DNA of 64,000 bases from Curvularia clavata (Eukaryota): positions 2,232,001 to 2,296,000 of the forward strand of contig CP089280.1 of NCBI GenBank assembly GCA_023920165.1, read 5' to 3'. Shown piece after piece: positions 22,688 through 34,575 of this stretch. Position 1 is the stretch's first letter, and each line of letters opens with the position of its first letter. The notes beneath the pieces were generated by a model. That model did no database searches. It was not told the origin of the DNA and saw only the letters and a program-made list of their open reading frames with translations. The position numbers and the translations under genes are program-made.

Positions 22688-24350
22688 GCATGAGACGGGT
22701 TAGTGTGGCAGAGGTGGGGACAGATGGGGTTGCAGGAGTATGGGAGAACTAGACGCAAGACGTTGCTGATCTCTGCCGCAATCGGACCGACACAGCCGCT
22801 ACCTCATCCGCCTTAGAGAACTTTAGTAATAGCTACATGGAGAAAGCGAATCTATCAACACAGCAGTCGTTCTGAATGGGAAGAAGCTGTCAACTGACAA
22901 AAAAAAAAGAAAATTTGAGGCTACAACCAGCCAAGCATAGTCAAGTCTAGAGGCGCTTGACCGCATTCGGTATTGCAGACCAGGAACATTTTTTACACAT
23001 CAGGATCAGGACTAAGAATATGATGGTACCCATGTCAATTTCGAAGCCCAATATTTCTCGCCATACATTGACTGGTCTCCAAAGTCAAGTGTGTGTGCTA
23101 AACACTTGAACATTGGCTGTCACAGCGTCGACGAAGTAGCTGCCATGACAGATGTTATCAAGTGCTCATTTGACGATCTAGTCCGCTTGGATTCTGCCAG
23201 TGATATTGCCATTTCCAAAACCGTGGATTACAGAACTATACCCAGCCAATTGAAGTCGACGCTTAGAGCATGTGCAACTCTTGAGCTTGAGGCACTGGAA
23301 TCGCCTGTCCCTAGCATAGAATGGGTCTTCAACAGATTACTAAGAAACTCAAATTCAGGAAGCACAGCTCCTTACCAGCCCCTATTTCGCAACGAGTTCT
23401 TCGCCGCTATTTGAGACTACACTTCAGGTTGAGGGGAGGGGCAACATTACTTGTTTCTGGATATCTCAATACTACCTTGTCCAATTCTGATGGACTTCTG
23501 ATGGCTTGAGTGCACTATACGTGAGACGAGAAAATCCAAAGCAATTCCCAGCAGCACCAGCATGCCTGGTGTTGGTTATGTTTGGCCGTCCGCATCGCAC
23601 TTACCCGACTGGGCACCAGTTGCTGCATTCGCACTAGAAATGTCACGACAGTGCATATCATTATTTACGTATTCCTGGCCATGGTGTTGCACCTCGGCCG
23701 ATCGCCGATTCGAGCCTCTCATTTGCCATGCATCCATCCCCCTACTAGGCCTCTACCACGGTTATATGTCGTCGTCCCTCTCCTCGACCATCACCTGACT
23801 GCCAAGGCCATCTCAGCTGACATGGCTCTGGTACACGGCAGCCGGGTTGCATGTCTTGTTGCTCAGCGACTCCACGGACGCCGCACGAGCACGTCACATG
23901 GCCTCCACTCTCTCACTCTCTCCAGCAACCCCCGGCGGTGAGGCATGCAGCGACTCGACCCGCACCGCCACCAGCCACTCGTCTCGCCATCACCAACGGG
24001 CTCGTCGCGCAGAATCCCCCAGGATTGGCGGAGACGGGGCGCTATGCCAGACTCGCTCGCCCAAGCCCCGCGCTCGTGACTGGGGCGCCCGGCCACGTCC
24101 CAGAAAAGCGGCACGCCAGGTCAAAGTCAGCGACGCGCAATTGATAGAGTCAGCATTGCGCGCAACAAAGAGCATTTAGACAATTCACCTTCCCAGAGCC
24201 GTTACCAATACCCCACACGGCGAGCGCGTGCACATGCAGGTACCCAGCTAGAGCCATTGACGCGCGACCACCCCAGGCCCTTATCTGACCCAGCGCCGGC
24301 CACGTCTCTCAGCCGTCGCAAGCCGACCCCAGGTGTAGTCCACCACCACC

Positions 24351-27300
24351 ATGTCCTCCGCCGGCCCCAACCAGTCTCCACCAGCGCGTTCACAGGCTTC
24401 CGCGCAGCATACGCGCACCTACCAGGCCTGCATTCCCTGTCGCCGCCGCAAAGTGCGATGCGGTATGTCTGACCTGCTGTCCTGTTGCTTATCTACAACT
24501 ACTAACACTTCCGTCTTTCCTAGATCTTGGCCCCGTCGACAATCCCCACGACCCGCCCTGTGTGCGATGCAGGAGGGAGAGCAAGGAGTGCTTCTTCTCG
24601 GCCACCCGTCGCAAGAGGAAGGCTGACGACGGCGACGAGTACGACGAGGCCGACGACTATGAGATCCGCAATGGGAGGAAGCGCCAGCGCTCCGCCGGCC
24701 AGCAGGAACCCCTCACCATCACCACCGCAAACTCCGCAGCCTACATTTCCCAGCCCTTGACCCCCGGCGGCTCTGTTGGACGATACGAGCCTCTGCGACG
24801 ACCCAACACGTCCACCGGTCAGCCGTCTCAGCAGAACGACGAGGAAGACCAGAAGGTGAACAATGAGACGCTCGCAACATTGCAGGCCGGCGAGGTCTAC
24901 AGCGGGCATGACGCCCTCAACCTGCTCTTCGAGGCTGCTGGTATGAATGCCCACCACCGCACCGAAAGCAGTTCGAGCCTCCAGCGCCCCACCCTAGGCA
25001 GCACCCCAGGCTCCCAGACCAACTTTGCTAGCCCTCACGCCAACCCACATCACGTCCGGAGCAATTCGCATGCCACCGTCGAGCCCTCTGTAGATCCTGC
25101 CATCCAGCAGCCCGTACTGCCAGAACCGCCCAACGAAGCTGCTTTCGCCGACGCCGTGCGTGCCTGGTCAAAGTTCCGTTTTGTTCGCGCCGGGTGGTTC
25201 ACAGCAAAGGAAGCCATCGCCTACATTGACTACTTCTATGCCTTTCTGTCTCCCCTGACTCCAATCGTCGTGCCAGATTACCGCGATCATGCCTTCCATG
25301 CAAAGCTGCTCAAGGAAGAGCCCATGCTGGTCATCACCCTCCTCACCATCTCCGCCAGGTATTTCCAGCCAAACGGATCCAACGGCGCGGGTGCCACCTC
25401 GAGATCCTACCTTATCCATGAAAAGATGTGGAAGTATCTGCAGGGCATGATAGATCGCATGATTTTTGGCCAGGAGCAGTTTGGCGGCGGCTTCTGTGGC
25501 GCGGGACAACAGCCTGGATCCGACGTGAACCCTCTGTCACGCAAGGGTCTTCGAACACTAGGTACTGTCGAGAGTTTGATGTTACTCACAGAATGGCATC
25601 CCCGTGCCTTGCATTTCCCACCTGGCGATGACGACGATGAGCTTGTGCTCCCCGACGATCCGTACGAGACGGGGCCTAAAGCTGACATGTACAAAGGCGT
25701 GGGCGACAAGCGCATCGACAGTTGGCTCGAGCCGTGCTGGCGTAGCGACCGCATGTGCTGGATGTTGCTCGGAAATGCCATGACACTTGCTTTCGAAATT
25801 GGCGTCTTTGACGAAACCAATGAGACAGAGTTCGAGGAAGCCAACCAGCATCTTTCGCACGCCACCGTCAAGGCCTACTATCGCCGAAAGAACCATTTGC
25901 GAGATCTCCTTATCATATATGTCACCCAGACTAGTGGCAGATTGGGCCTGACGTCCATGCTTCCCAAGATTGATCGTGATGAGAGCTTGAGCGGCGCGCC
26001 TTCACCCCTGGACCTATACAAGGAACGCATCAGTCGGATCAAAGCCCCTCCAGCTCAGTTTGGCATGCGCTCCGATGGACAGCGCCTTCCTCTTGAGTCG
26101 ATCGCTACCCAGGAACGCCACGCAATCCAAGATCTGGTGCTTGATTTTTGGCAGCGCATCGCCAAGATCATGGAGATGGGTAACCTGAAGTTGTTCTCCA
26201 ATCGGCGCAAGACGCGTGAATTGCTCAAGTCGGGAAAATATGAGGAGATGCTCAAGTTCTTCCAAGGCCCTCTGGCGGAGTGGAGAAAATGCTTTGACCG
26301 CGCACCCCAAGGTATGTGCTGTGACATATAGTGCGTCTGTTGCCTTGTGATTCTGACTTTGACAGTACCCACCCAACTTCGCCATGTTCTCATCATCGAG
26401 TTTGAATACACCCGCGTCTACCTCAACTCCCTAGCTCTCCAGGCTGTCGTAGAACGTTGTACTCACAACACACCACTTCAGACACACGCCCAACCCAACG
26501 GTGTCAACGGACGGGCTACTAATGGCAACGAGGACGGTGGGGCAATACCTTTTAGCACACTCGTCAAGTGGTATGCCAACGACCGCCACTACATTAACGA
26601 GGTCATCGATGCGTCACGTAATGTTCTCAAAATCGTCGTGGATGGCCTACATCCAGGTGGCTATCTGCGACATGCGCCTGTGCGGACCTTCTTCCGTATC
26701 GTCAGTGTGGCCATCATTCTACTGAAGACATTTGCCTTGGGTGCAACCGAAGAAGACGTGGCTGTTAGTCTCAGTCTACTCAGCAATTCGGTTGACGCGC
26801 TGCGAACAAGCATCGTGGACGATGTGCATGTTGGTAATCGCTTTGCCGACCTTGTCGAAACACTGACTCACCGAATCCGCTCTCGTTTCGTACGTCTTGC
26901 TGCCAATGGATCCGCTGGAATATCACGTGCGGGTAGCAAGAGTCCTATTCAAGCACCAATGATGCCTCCGCCTTCGGCTCTGAATAATACCAACCATCTC
27001 GCCCCGCCATACATGGGATCTCAGCAAACCGGCCTCTCCGGTACTGGCACGAGCGTTCCTGGTTCGCCCAGCATGGGGCTCGGGACAAGCGGGCGAGTAA
27101 CCCCTCTATGGGGCATCTCTGCAGAACCCTACGACCCAAACTCGAACAGTATATCCATTATGCCACCGCCAGGCAACTACACCAACTTTTCTTCCAACAC
27201 AAACGGCAACAGTAGTAATGGTAACGGTAACGGCAACAACGGCTCCAACTCAGAAGGCACCAACGGCGCGCAATGGGGCCAGTGGGCAGGCAACGGAGCC

Positions 27301-27465
27301 GGCTGGGGTAATGGCCACGACCAAGACTGGCTTGCTCTGCCGCTAGACCCGCTGCTGGACCAGTGGGGTGCGGAAATTAACCAGACGGCCATGGGGCCGG
27401 ATATTGGAGGTATGGATATGTTGGATATCTTGCTCAATATGGGAGGTATGCCTCCGAGTGCCTAG
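24351..27465 (+). CDS. ARO80: Aro80-like Zn(II)2Cys6 transcription factor (aromatic amino-acid catabolism regulator)
   Basis: YQACIPCRRRKVRC|DLGPVDNPHDPPCVRCRRESKEC (intron 24463-24523) matches the distinctive Aro80 zinc cluster; LRTLGTVESLMLLTEWHP; second intron ~26312-26365. Confidence 0.82.
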
Positions 27466-27881
27466 ACACCAGGCAATGTATTTAGCCTGGGACTGAGGCT
27501 ATGTGGATTTAAACAAAGGGGATATAAAAATAAAATGAGGGATATGTAAAGATCTTCTTTGTCCATGTTCAGTTGGACCTTTTTGATGAAGGGAAAGGGC
27601 CGTAGGCTTTTAATGTAGTTACGGGGTTTGATGTATATAACGAAAGGGTTTATGAAAACTAAAGAGAAGAAGAAGAAAGTAAGGAAAAGGAAAAAGGTTT
27701 TATATTGGGATGGACACGAGAAAAATACAAAAGTATATTGTTTTCACCATTCATAATATTCTCATGTAATGTACTTGGAGTGAGCATCAGAAAAAGGAAA
27801 GAGAACCAAACTCTGCCAATGCATCATCATCAATCCTATAACACCCAAACTTTTCTTCGTTAAAAACTTATAACATCAAAT

Positions 27882-30800
27882 CTACCTCTTCAAAGTCTTC
27901 TGCTTCTCCGCATCCACCACGACCTTTTCACCCGCAACTCTCAGCCCCTTCCTCCTCCTCACCTTATCTACATACCTCTTCGCGACATTCTCCCTATCCG
28001 CCAGCTCACCCAAATCCTCGAGCTCATCCTCTGTAAACGGAACCCAAAACGGATCCTCATCTAGCATCTCAAATCCTGCAAAGCGCAGCTGCGGCGACGC
28101 AGACCCAGAACTCCTTTTTCTGATTTCGTCGCTGAAGCCGAAGGATTCGGCGACAGGGAGCAGCGCACTGATGGTAAAAGTCTGGGATCCGGTTGTGGAT
28201 GCAGAAGAGGTGGAAGAAAGGGTTTCGCTGAGAATGGTGCCGCGGCGGCGGGTTAGGACGGCGTAGACGCGGCCGAGGACGTCGGTGGAGGCTTGGATTT
28301 CGCAGCTGTACATGGCGAGCAGCATGCGGGGGGACCAGTCGAGGAAGCCTTGGTGGATGGATGAGCGAACGGCTTTGATGACTTCGCCCGTGAGGCGGCC
28401 GCGGTCGCGGTCGAGGGCCGACTCGTCTGAGGGGAGGTCCAGGGTCACGGATTCGAGGAAGACGGCGATGCCTTGGACGGGCTCGGCGCAGCAGGGGCCT
28501 TGGGCTGTGGCTAGTTGGAAGGCGTAGGCGATGGTGGAGGAGAAGGTGCGGGGGGTGAGGGTGCGGTCGGAGGGCTCTTCGACGGTTGCGTCGGGAGAGG
28601 AAGAGTCGCGTAGGCTGGGAGAGGGATGATTGTTAGCCCTGACTGTATGCATGGGGATAGCAAGATTGACAACTTACGCTCTTCCACAGATACCGTCCTT
28701 GGTGGCATCAACAAGAATATTGGGGCCTATTCTCCTAGGTCCAAAGGCAGTAATCTTCTCAATGACATCAGTCCAGTCCTCCTTTTGTCCCTTGGCTTCT
28801 GCAAAGGCCTCCTTGAGCTGCTTCTTGAATTCGTCCAAGCTAAGACTCTGGCCTACTTCACGCTTCTCAGCCTCCTGGATACCATCATCTTCGGTCTCGT
28901 GTGCTTGCTGGGCTGCATCGTTTTCGTCCTCTGCTCGTCGCTCAGAGTAAAGTTTCTTTATGGCGCCGGCGTTCTTTCCTAAGAAATCGGTAACGCTAGC
29001 GGGAAGAGGGCGTACACGCAGGCGTACCGAGACATGCTTGCTGGCTGTCTCGCCAATGGCGGTGCCTCGCGGGAGGTTGGGATCCTTTGGCGGGTTCATT
29101 TCGGCTGCTGCGACGATAGACTCTCGGTATGGTACGATAGGTTCGCCAGCCTGAATTTCACACTTGGCGAATCGTTCTTTCAAGTCCTTCAAACATCGCT
29201 CAAGATGCAACTCTCCTGCAGTAAGGATGACATGCTCTCCACTTGGCAACTGCTCATACTCGGCACATGGGTCGCTCTGTACAAGGAGTTTCAGGCCCTT
29301 GATCATCTTGTCCAAGTCGTAAGGGTTTTCGGGCTCGAGAGCAACACGAACAATAGGCTCAGTGCCCATCTGAATACCAGCGAGGTTGACGGATCCAGGG
29401 AGCTGGGAGCACAGTGTACCAGACTTGAGTATGTGTCCCTCGAGTCCACCAATGCCAAAGACGACACCAGCGGGTACAGATGTCAAAGGTTCCAGGCCTC
29501 GGCCCATCATCAGATACAAGGCGGTAATCTTGACCTTTTGTGGCTCTGGTGCTGCATGTGGGTTTGCGGGAGTGAATTTTGGACCGAGAACGTACACCTC
29601 GTCACCCACACTGAGAGTTCCGGAGAAGATGCGGGCGAAACCGATGAGGTGTTCTGCTTCTTCCTCAGCAGCGGGCTCCTCTTGTACAGGCGTCTCTGTT
29701 TCGCCGATGGCTGCGGTACTGAGAGCATCTGTTACACCACCAACGTCTGGATCTTCGCCGTTGGCGATTGCCTGTTGGCGAGCAATTTCGGCCCTCTTCT
29801 TCCTTCCTAGCTCTCTCGCCTCTTCGGCTGTGAGTGCGCCGCCTCGTCGTTTGTTCTGTGGTAGCTCGCTCGACGGTACGGAGATCATCTTGCTGACGTA
29901 GGCCACGACAGGGGCGTCTTTTGATGATTTGAAATTGGTCACTGCGTCGCGTACTTCTGGAGCAACATAGTCTGCGCCCGGCGAAGTATCAATGATTTCG
30001 GGCATGCGTTCAAATTGGGCTTTGGACGGCGGCGGCAGATACTCTGTCACGGATACGAGGAGGGCAGTCGAGAGCGGAAGCCACGCTGCAAATAGAGCCA
30101 TCAAGAGGGCCCTGGGGTCGCGGGAGCGCATAATGTGTGCAGGGAGATTGAGGTTGAGCGACTTTGTAATCTTCTCGACCATGGTGGGATCTCTGTAGTG
30201 ATGGAAATAAGTATATTGCTAAGGTACATGGGAAATGTATCATGTAAGGAAAGGAAATCCACGCACCCCTTCCCGTTGTTACCTCCTGTAGTAGCCTCGT
30301 AGACGGCCCAGATGTTGTCCAAGACGAGCTGGACAAACATGGGCTTGAGGTGGCGGCCTTTGAGATGCTTGGAGCTCAGGACGCGCTTAGTCTTTGGGTC
30401 GAGATAAAAGTCACCCCATAGCACTTTTTCGAGAATGGAGCGCTTGATGCCCAGCTTCTTCTCGTAGAGGCTGGCAAACTGTCTCACGGTAAATGCCCAG
30501 CCATCGATGGCACTGCCAAAGATGACGTTGTTCTTCTCGGGCGCAAAGTAAATGTCTTCGTCGTCTTTTTCCTCGTACTCGGCGGGTGTGCTGGTAGTGT
30601 CAACGCTGTCACCATTTTCTAGCATGGATGAGGATCGAGAGTCAGTCTTCTCAGCCGCTGCAGCATTTAGTCGTTCTTCCATTTTCTCGCGCCACCGGAG
30701 GTCATCCTCCATGCGCTCGCCCTGGTAGAAGCTGCCCATGACGGCATTTACCTGTTCGAGCAGTTTGCTCAGATGAGTGTATGCCTCTGCAGGGCTCATT

Positions 30801-31360
30801 TTGAGTTCTGTGATTAGCCTGTCCATCTTGTTGATGACGAGCAAAGGTTTGAGTTTTTCTATCCACGTCTGTCGCAGGACGGTGACAGTCTGGCTGCACA
30901 CGCCCTCGACGGCGTCTACGAGCACGACGGCGCCATCGCAGAGGCGGGATGCTGTAGACACCTCATAACTAAAGTCTATGTGTCCCGGCGAGTCTATGAG
31001 GTTGATGAGGAACTCCTTGTGCTCGGGCTCTGCCTGGGGCGCCGAGCGTCGCAGGAGGGAAAAGTAGAGGGAGATGGCCGACGACTCCATGGTGATGCCG
31101 CGCAACTGCTCATCGGGCCTGGAATCGAGATATCGGATCTTGCCGGCGAGTTTGGGGGAGATGATGCCATTGGTGGCGATGAGGGCGTCGGTGAGCGACG
31201 TCTTGCCATGGTCCTGTGACATGTATTAGCAGCAGTCCACAGCGTCACGGGCATGCGCAAAAGGCGGTAGCCGTACAACATGGGCCAGGATGCAAATGTT
31301 CCTGATGCCGTCAGCCGCCTGTTGCAGCGCAACGAGCCTCTCGCTGGGGACGACAGGCAT
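27882..31360 (-). CDS. EFL1: Ribosome biogenesis GTPase Efl1/Ria1 (EF-2-like)
   Basis: IRNICILAHV|DHGKTSLTD, RGITMESS, DSPGHIDF, NKMD, AGELHLERCL, ESFGFSDEIRKRSSG, C-terminal AEKQKTLKR; three introns. Confidence 0.95.
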
Positions 31361-32081
31361 CCTGGGGGTTTTGCGTGTTTCAGTGATGCAGGACGGGCGC
31401 GCGTGCGGTGGTCAGATTGGAGGGGAGGCGTGCCTGCGACCGACGGCCAGACTGCGCGGGCGCTGTGTGTGTGGGCGAGAGTTGCTGGCGGGTGGTGGAG
31501 TGAAACAATTGCAGGATGTGGTGGAGGGCGCCCCGCCAAAAAATAAGTACCTCTATGTTGTCGTCCTCATCATCCCGCGTCACCATGGCTCACTTTTTTT
31601 GGAGGGGCGGCGGGCGGCGGGCGGCGGCAGCCAAGACGGCGTATGCAGCCAGACGTCAGCGATGTAGAATGCTGCGACTCGATTCATGTTCGAGGCACGG
31701 CATCAGGTACACATGGGCGGGGAGCGCTCGATGCGCGTGATGCGGTCACCACGCGCACAAAAGTGCACAATGCCATACACAGGCATTTTTGTACAGCCCA
31801 TGTACATGTACATACATAGTAGTACACAGACATACGTATATATATGGTGCAGCCGTGCGCGGCCCCTCGATGGCGCCGTTGCGTACCCTTGTCCATGCAA
31901 GCCCCCTGTCCCCGTCCCGTCCAATCCATCTCATCCATTCATCATCTCTCCCCGTACCACTCGCGATACAACACACGCACCACAACACCCCCCTCGCCCC
32001 TCGCCCCTCCTCTCCTGAGACCCGTCAATCGCATACACTCTCCTTCTCGCCTGCATTCGTGGATGTGACGACCACGCAAAC

Positions 32082-33317
32082 ATGGCAGCGACTCTGGAAG
32101 GCCAGCCATCGCCCGCCCGGCCCGTGGCCATGGCCTTGAACACTCCCCGGCTGCCCAACAACATCAAGACGGCCAATGCCAGCGTCGACATCATGTCGCC
32201 CGTCAACCAGAACGGCTGCTTCGAGTTCGACCGCATCATCAAGGCCGGCACCGTCGTGAAGCGCACGCGCAAGACAAAGGCATGTCCATGGCGCACGTCC
32301 AACGCTGACGTCTGCTAACTCGCCCTCTAGTCATGGAAGCCCGTCTACATTGTCCTGCGCCCCAACTGCCTCTCCATCTACAAGGACAAGGACGAGACCA
32401 AGCTGCGCCATCAGATTAACCTCTCCGAAATCACCGCCGTCGCCCGCCAGCGAGACTCCAAGAAGAAGATGGACCACGTCTTTGGCATCTTTTCGCCTGC
32501 CCGCAACTACCACCTCGGCGCTTCCACCGACAAGGAGGCGCAGGAATGGGTGCACCTCATCCGCACAGAGGCACGCATCGGCGTCGACGACGAAGCCGAC
32601 ATGGGCCTCATGAGCCCAACAGAACCCAAGGACACGCTGGCTGGCTTTGGCAGCCCCAATCGGGAAAACGTTGCTTCAAGTTCCTCCGAAGCAGAGCCGC
32701 GAGCCTCGACGTCCATAGTTCCAGAGCACATGCGCAATGCCCGTCGGCCCTCGCAGGCTCTCAACTACTCGGGCGGCGAGTACGGCTCCATCTCCGATTT
32801 CGACTTTTCCGACTCGAACCAACCCTCGGCCAACTCGCTGCCCTCGCGAACCCAGCAAGAGAAGCGCAGCCTGAGCCAGCAGAGCAACATTGGTACCACT
32901 CCGGACGATGAACGTGTCGTCTACCACGGATGGCTGTATATCCTCAAGTCCAAAGGCGGCGTGCGCCAGTGGAGGAAGATCTGGGTCGTCCTCCGTCCAA
33001 AGTGCCTTGCTTTTTACAAGAACGACGAGGAGTACTCAGCCACCCACATCATTCCTTTCTCTAGCATCATCGACGCGGTCGACATTGACCCTCTTTCGCG
33101 CAGCAAGCAGCACTGCATGCAGGTCATATGCGAGGAGAAGAACTACAAGTTCTGTGCCTCCAACGACGATTCTTTGGCAATGTGGCTGGGCGCATTCAAG
33201 AGCCTGCTCGTCAAAAAGGACCCGCAGCAGACGCGCGCACCGCCGCTAGCCTCTACACCAGCCATGCAACCACCGCCCATGCCAACATCGTTACAACAGT
33301 CTACCGCTACCACGTGA
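32082..33317 (+). CDS. Double PH-domain protein (Opy1-like)
   Basis: PH1 FDRIIKAG..KRTRKTK|SWKPVYIVLRPN..AQEWVHLIR; PH2 GWLYILKSKGGVRQWRKIWVVLRP..LAMWLGAFKS; GC-AG intron 32280-32330. Confidence 0.85.
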
Positions 33318-33578
33318 CCACCGTCCCTCATTCAACTGACCTTCGTCCTTCAGATCCAGGCAAAATGTACATAGGCTGGCACCATCTACATCCTCGCGCC
33401 ATTGCCGCTGTCGCCTGTCTATACCCACTAATCGCGATAGCTCTGCAAAACGATACCATCATGATTTACGATCTCAGCCATAACCACTGCACCGCTGCCT
33501 TGATGGCACGCGCTCTGTTCCATCCTACCTGGATATCACCTTCTGCTTGATATGCAATATCACAGCATGTCTCACCCA

Positions 33579-33601
33579 TACACACACACACTCACACACA
33601 C
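33579..33601. repeat. (CA)n microsatellite, interrupted
   Basis: tacacacacacactcacacacac downstream of the PH gene. Confidence 0.6.
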
Positions 33602-34575
33602 TTTATTTTTCCTTTGTTTTTGTTCGTAAGCCTGTGTCAATATACCGCTGTAAAGTAGTAGTAGTGTTTTTGTAATCTCTCACACGCCCTTGAGCTGGGT
33701 TGGCAATTCATTTCGTTTTGTTCTGACTCCACGTGCAATTGCATCCATTGCTTCTCACCACTACTACGCATCTTAACAATACTCCTAACGGGCCTATAGG
33801 GAATACTCATAGCCCACCTAGTGTCGTACAAAAAACAGGATTGCTGAGCTAGGAGGGCGACCGTTCGATTCCGAACGGTTGCTAGTGCAACAAACCACCG
33901 GGGGAGGGGATTGGCTGTTGTTTTTGCTTCTTTTTTTTGTACTTACTTTTTGCTGCAGTGAAGAAGGGAAGTAAGGAAAGTAAGAGAAGAGGGGGAGCTG
34001 AGTCTTCGGGCAAAGGAACAGAGATGCTGATAACAATCCGCATTGATAGCATGTTAGTTGAACAGCATTCGTATGTTATTTAACTCCTGCTTAGCACAAT
34101 CTTGCAAATGGCGCTTTGGCTTTGGCAGCGGTCCAAGTGCTTCAAACAGGACGTTACATAGGTAAATCCCGTACGTGGTCGTTAGCTATTGCCGTGTAAA
34201 GCGACTTCCAGCTGGACATTGACCCAAAGCACTATCTGCAAGTCAGTGCGTGTCAATTATTTCATTTGCCTGCATGTCGTGCATGTAGTATGGAATACGG
34301 ACCAAGCTGATCTTCGTCGTCGTCCCGATCTGTATTCGGTTGCAGTGCTTAGCCCTAGCCTTGGCGTCTTCCTAACCTCTTCCGCGGTCAGAATCCACCA
34401 CTCACCACAGGTCGCTAGCAGGAGCTGAACTACACCCCTGACACCACACCCGACCTGCAGATGCACGTGCTAGTGTCCGCCTTGGACGCCTAGCTGGATA
34501 CATAGCTCATCATGGTTTCTTCCGTAGCCTTACTCTCTCAGACACTCTCCTACTTTTCCTTGCAATTGTGCATGC

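Noticed and set aside
23091..23414. 107-aa ORF between the two Zn2Cys6 genes
   Set aside because: No recognisable domain or codon bias.
29034..29901. Long + strand ORFs inside EFL1
   Set aside because: Antisense shadows of a well-supported conserved gene.
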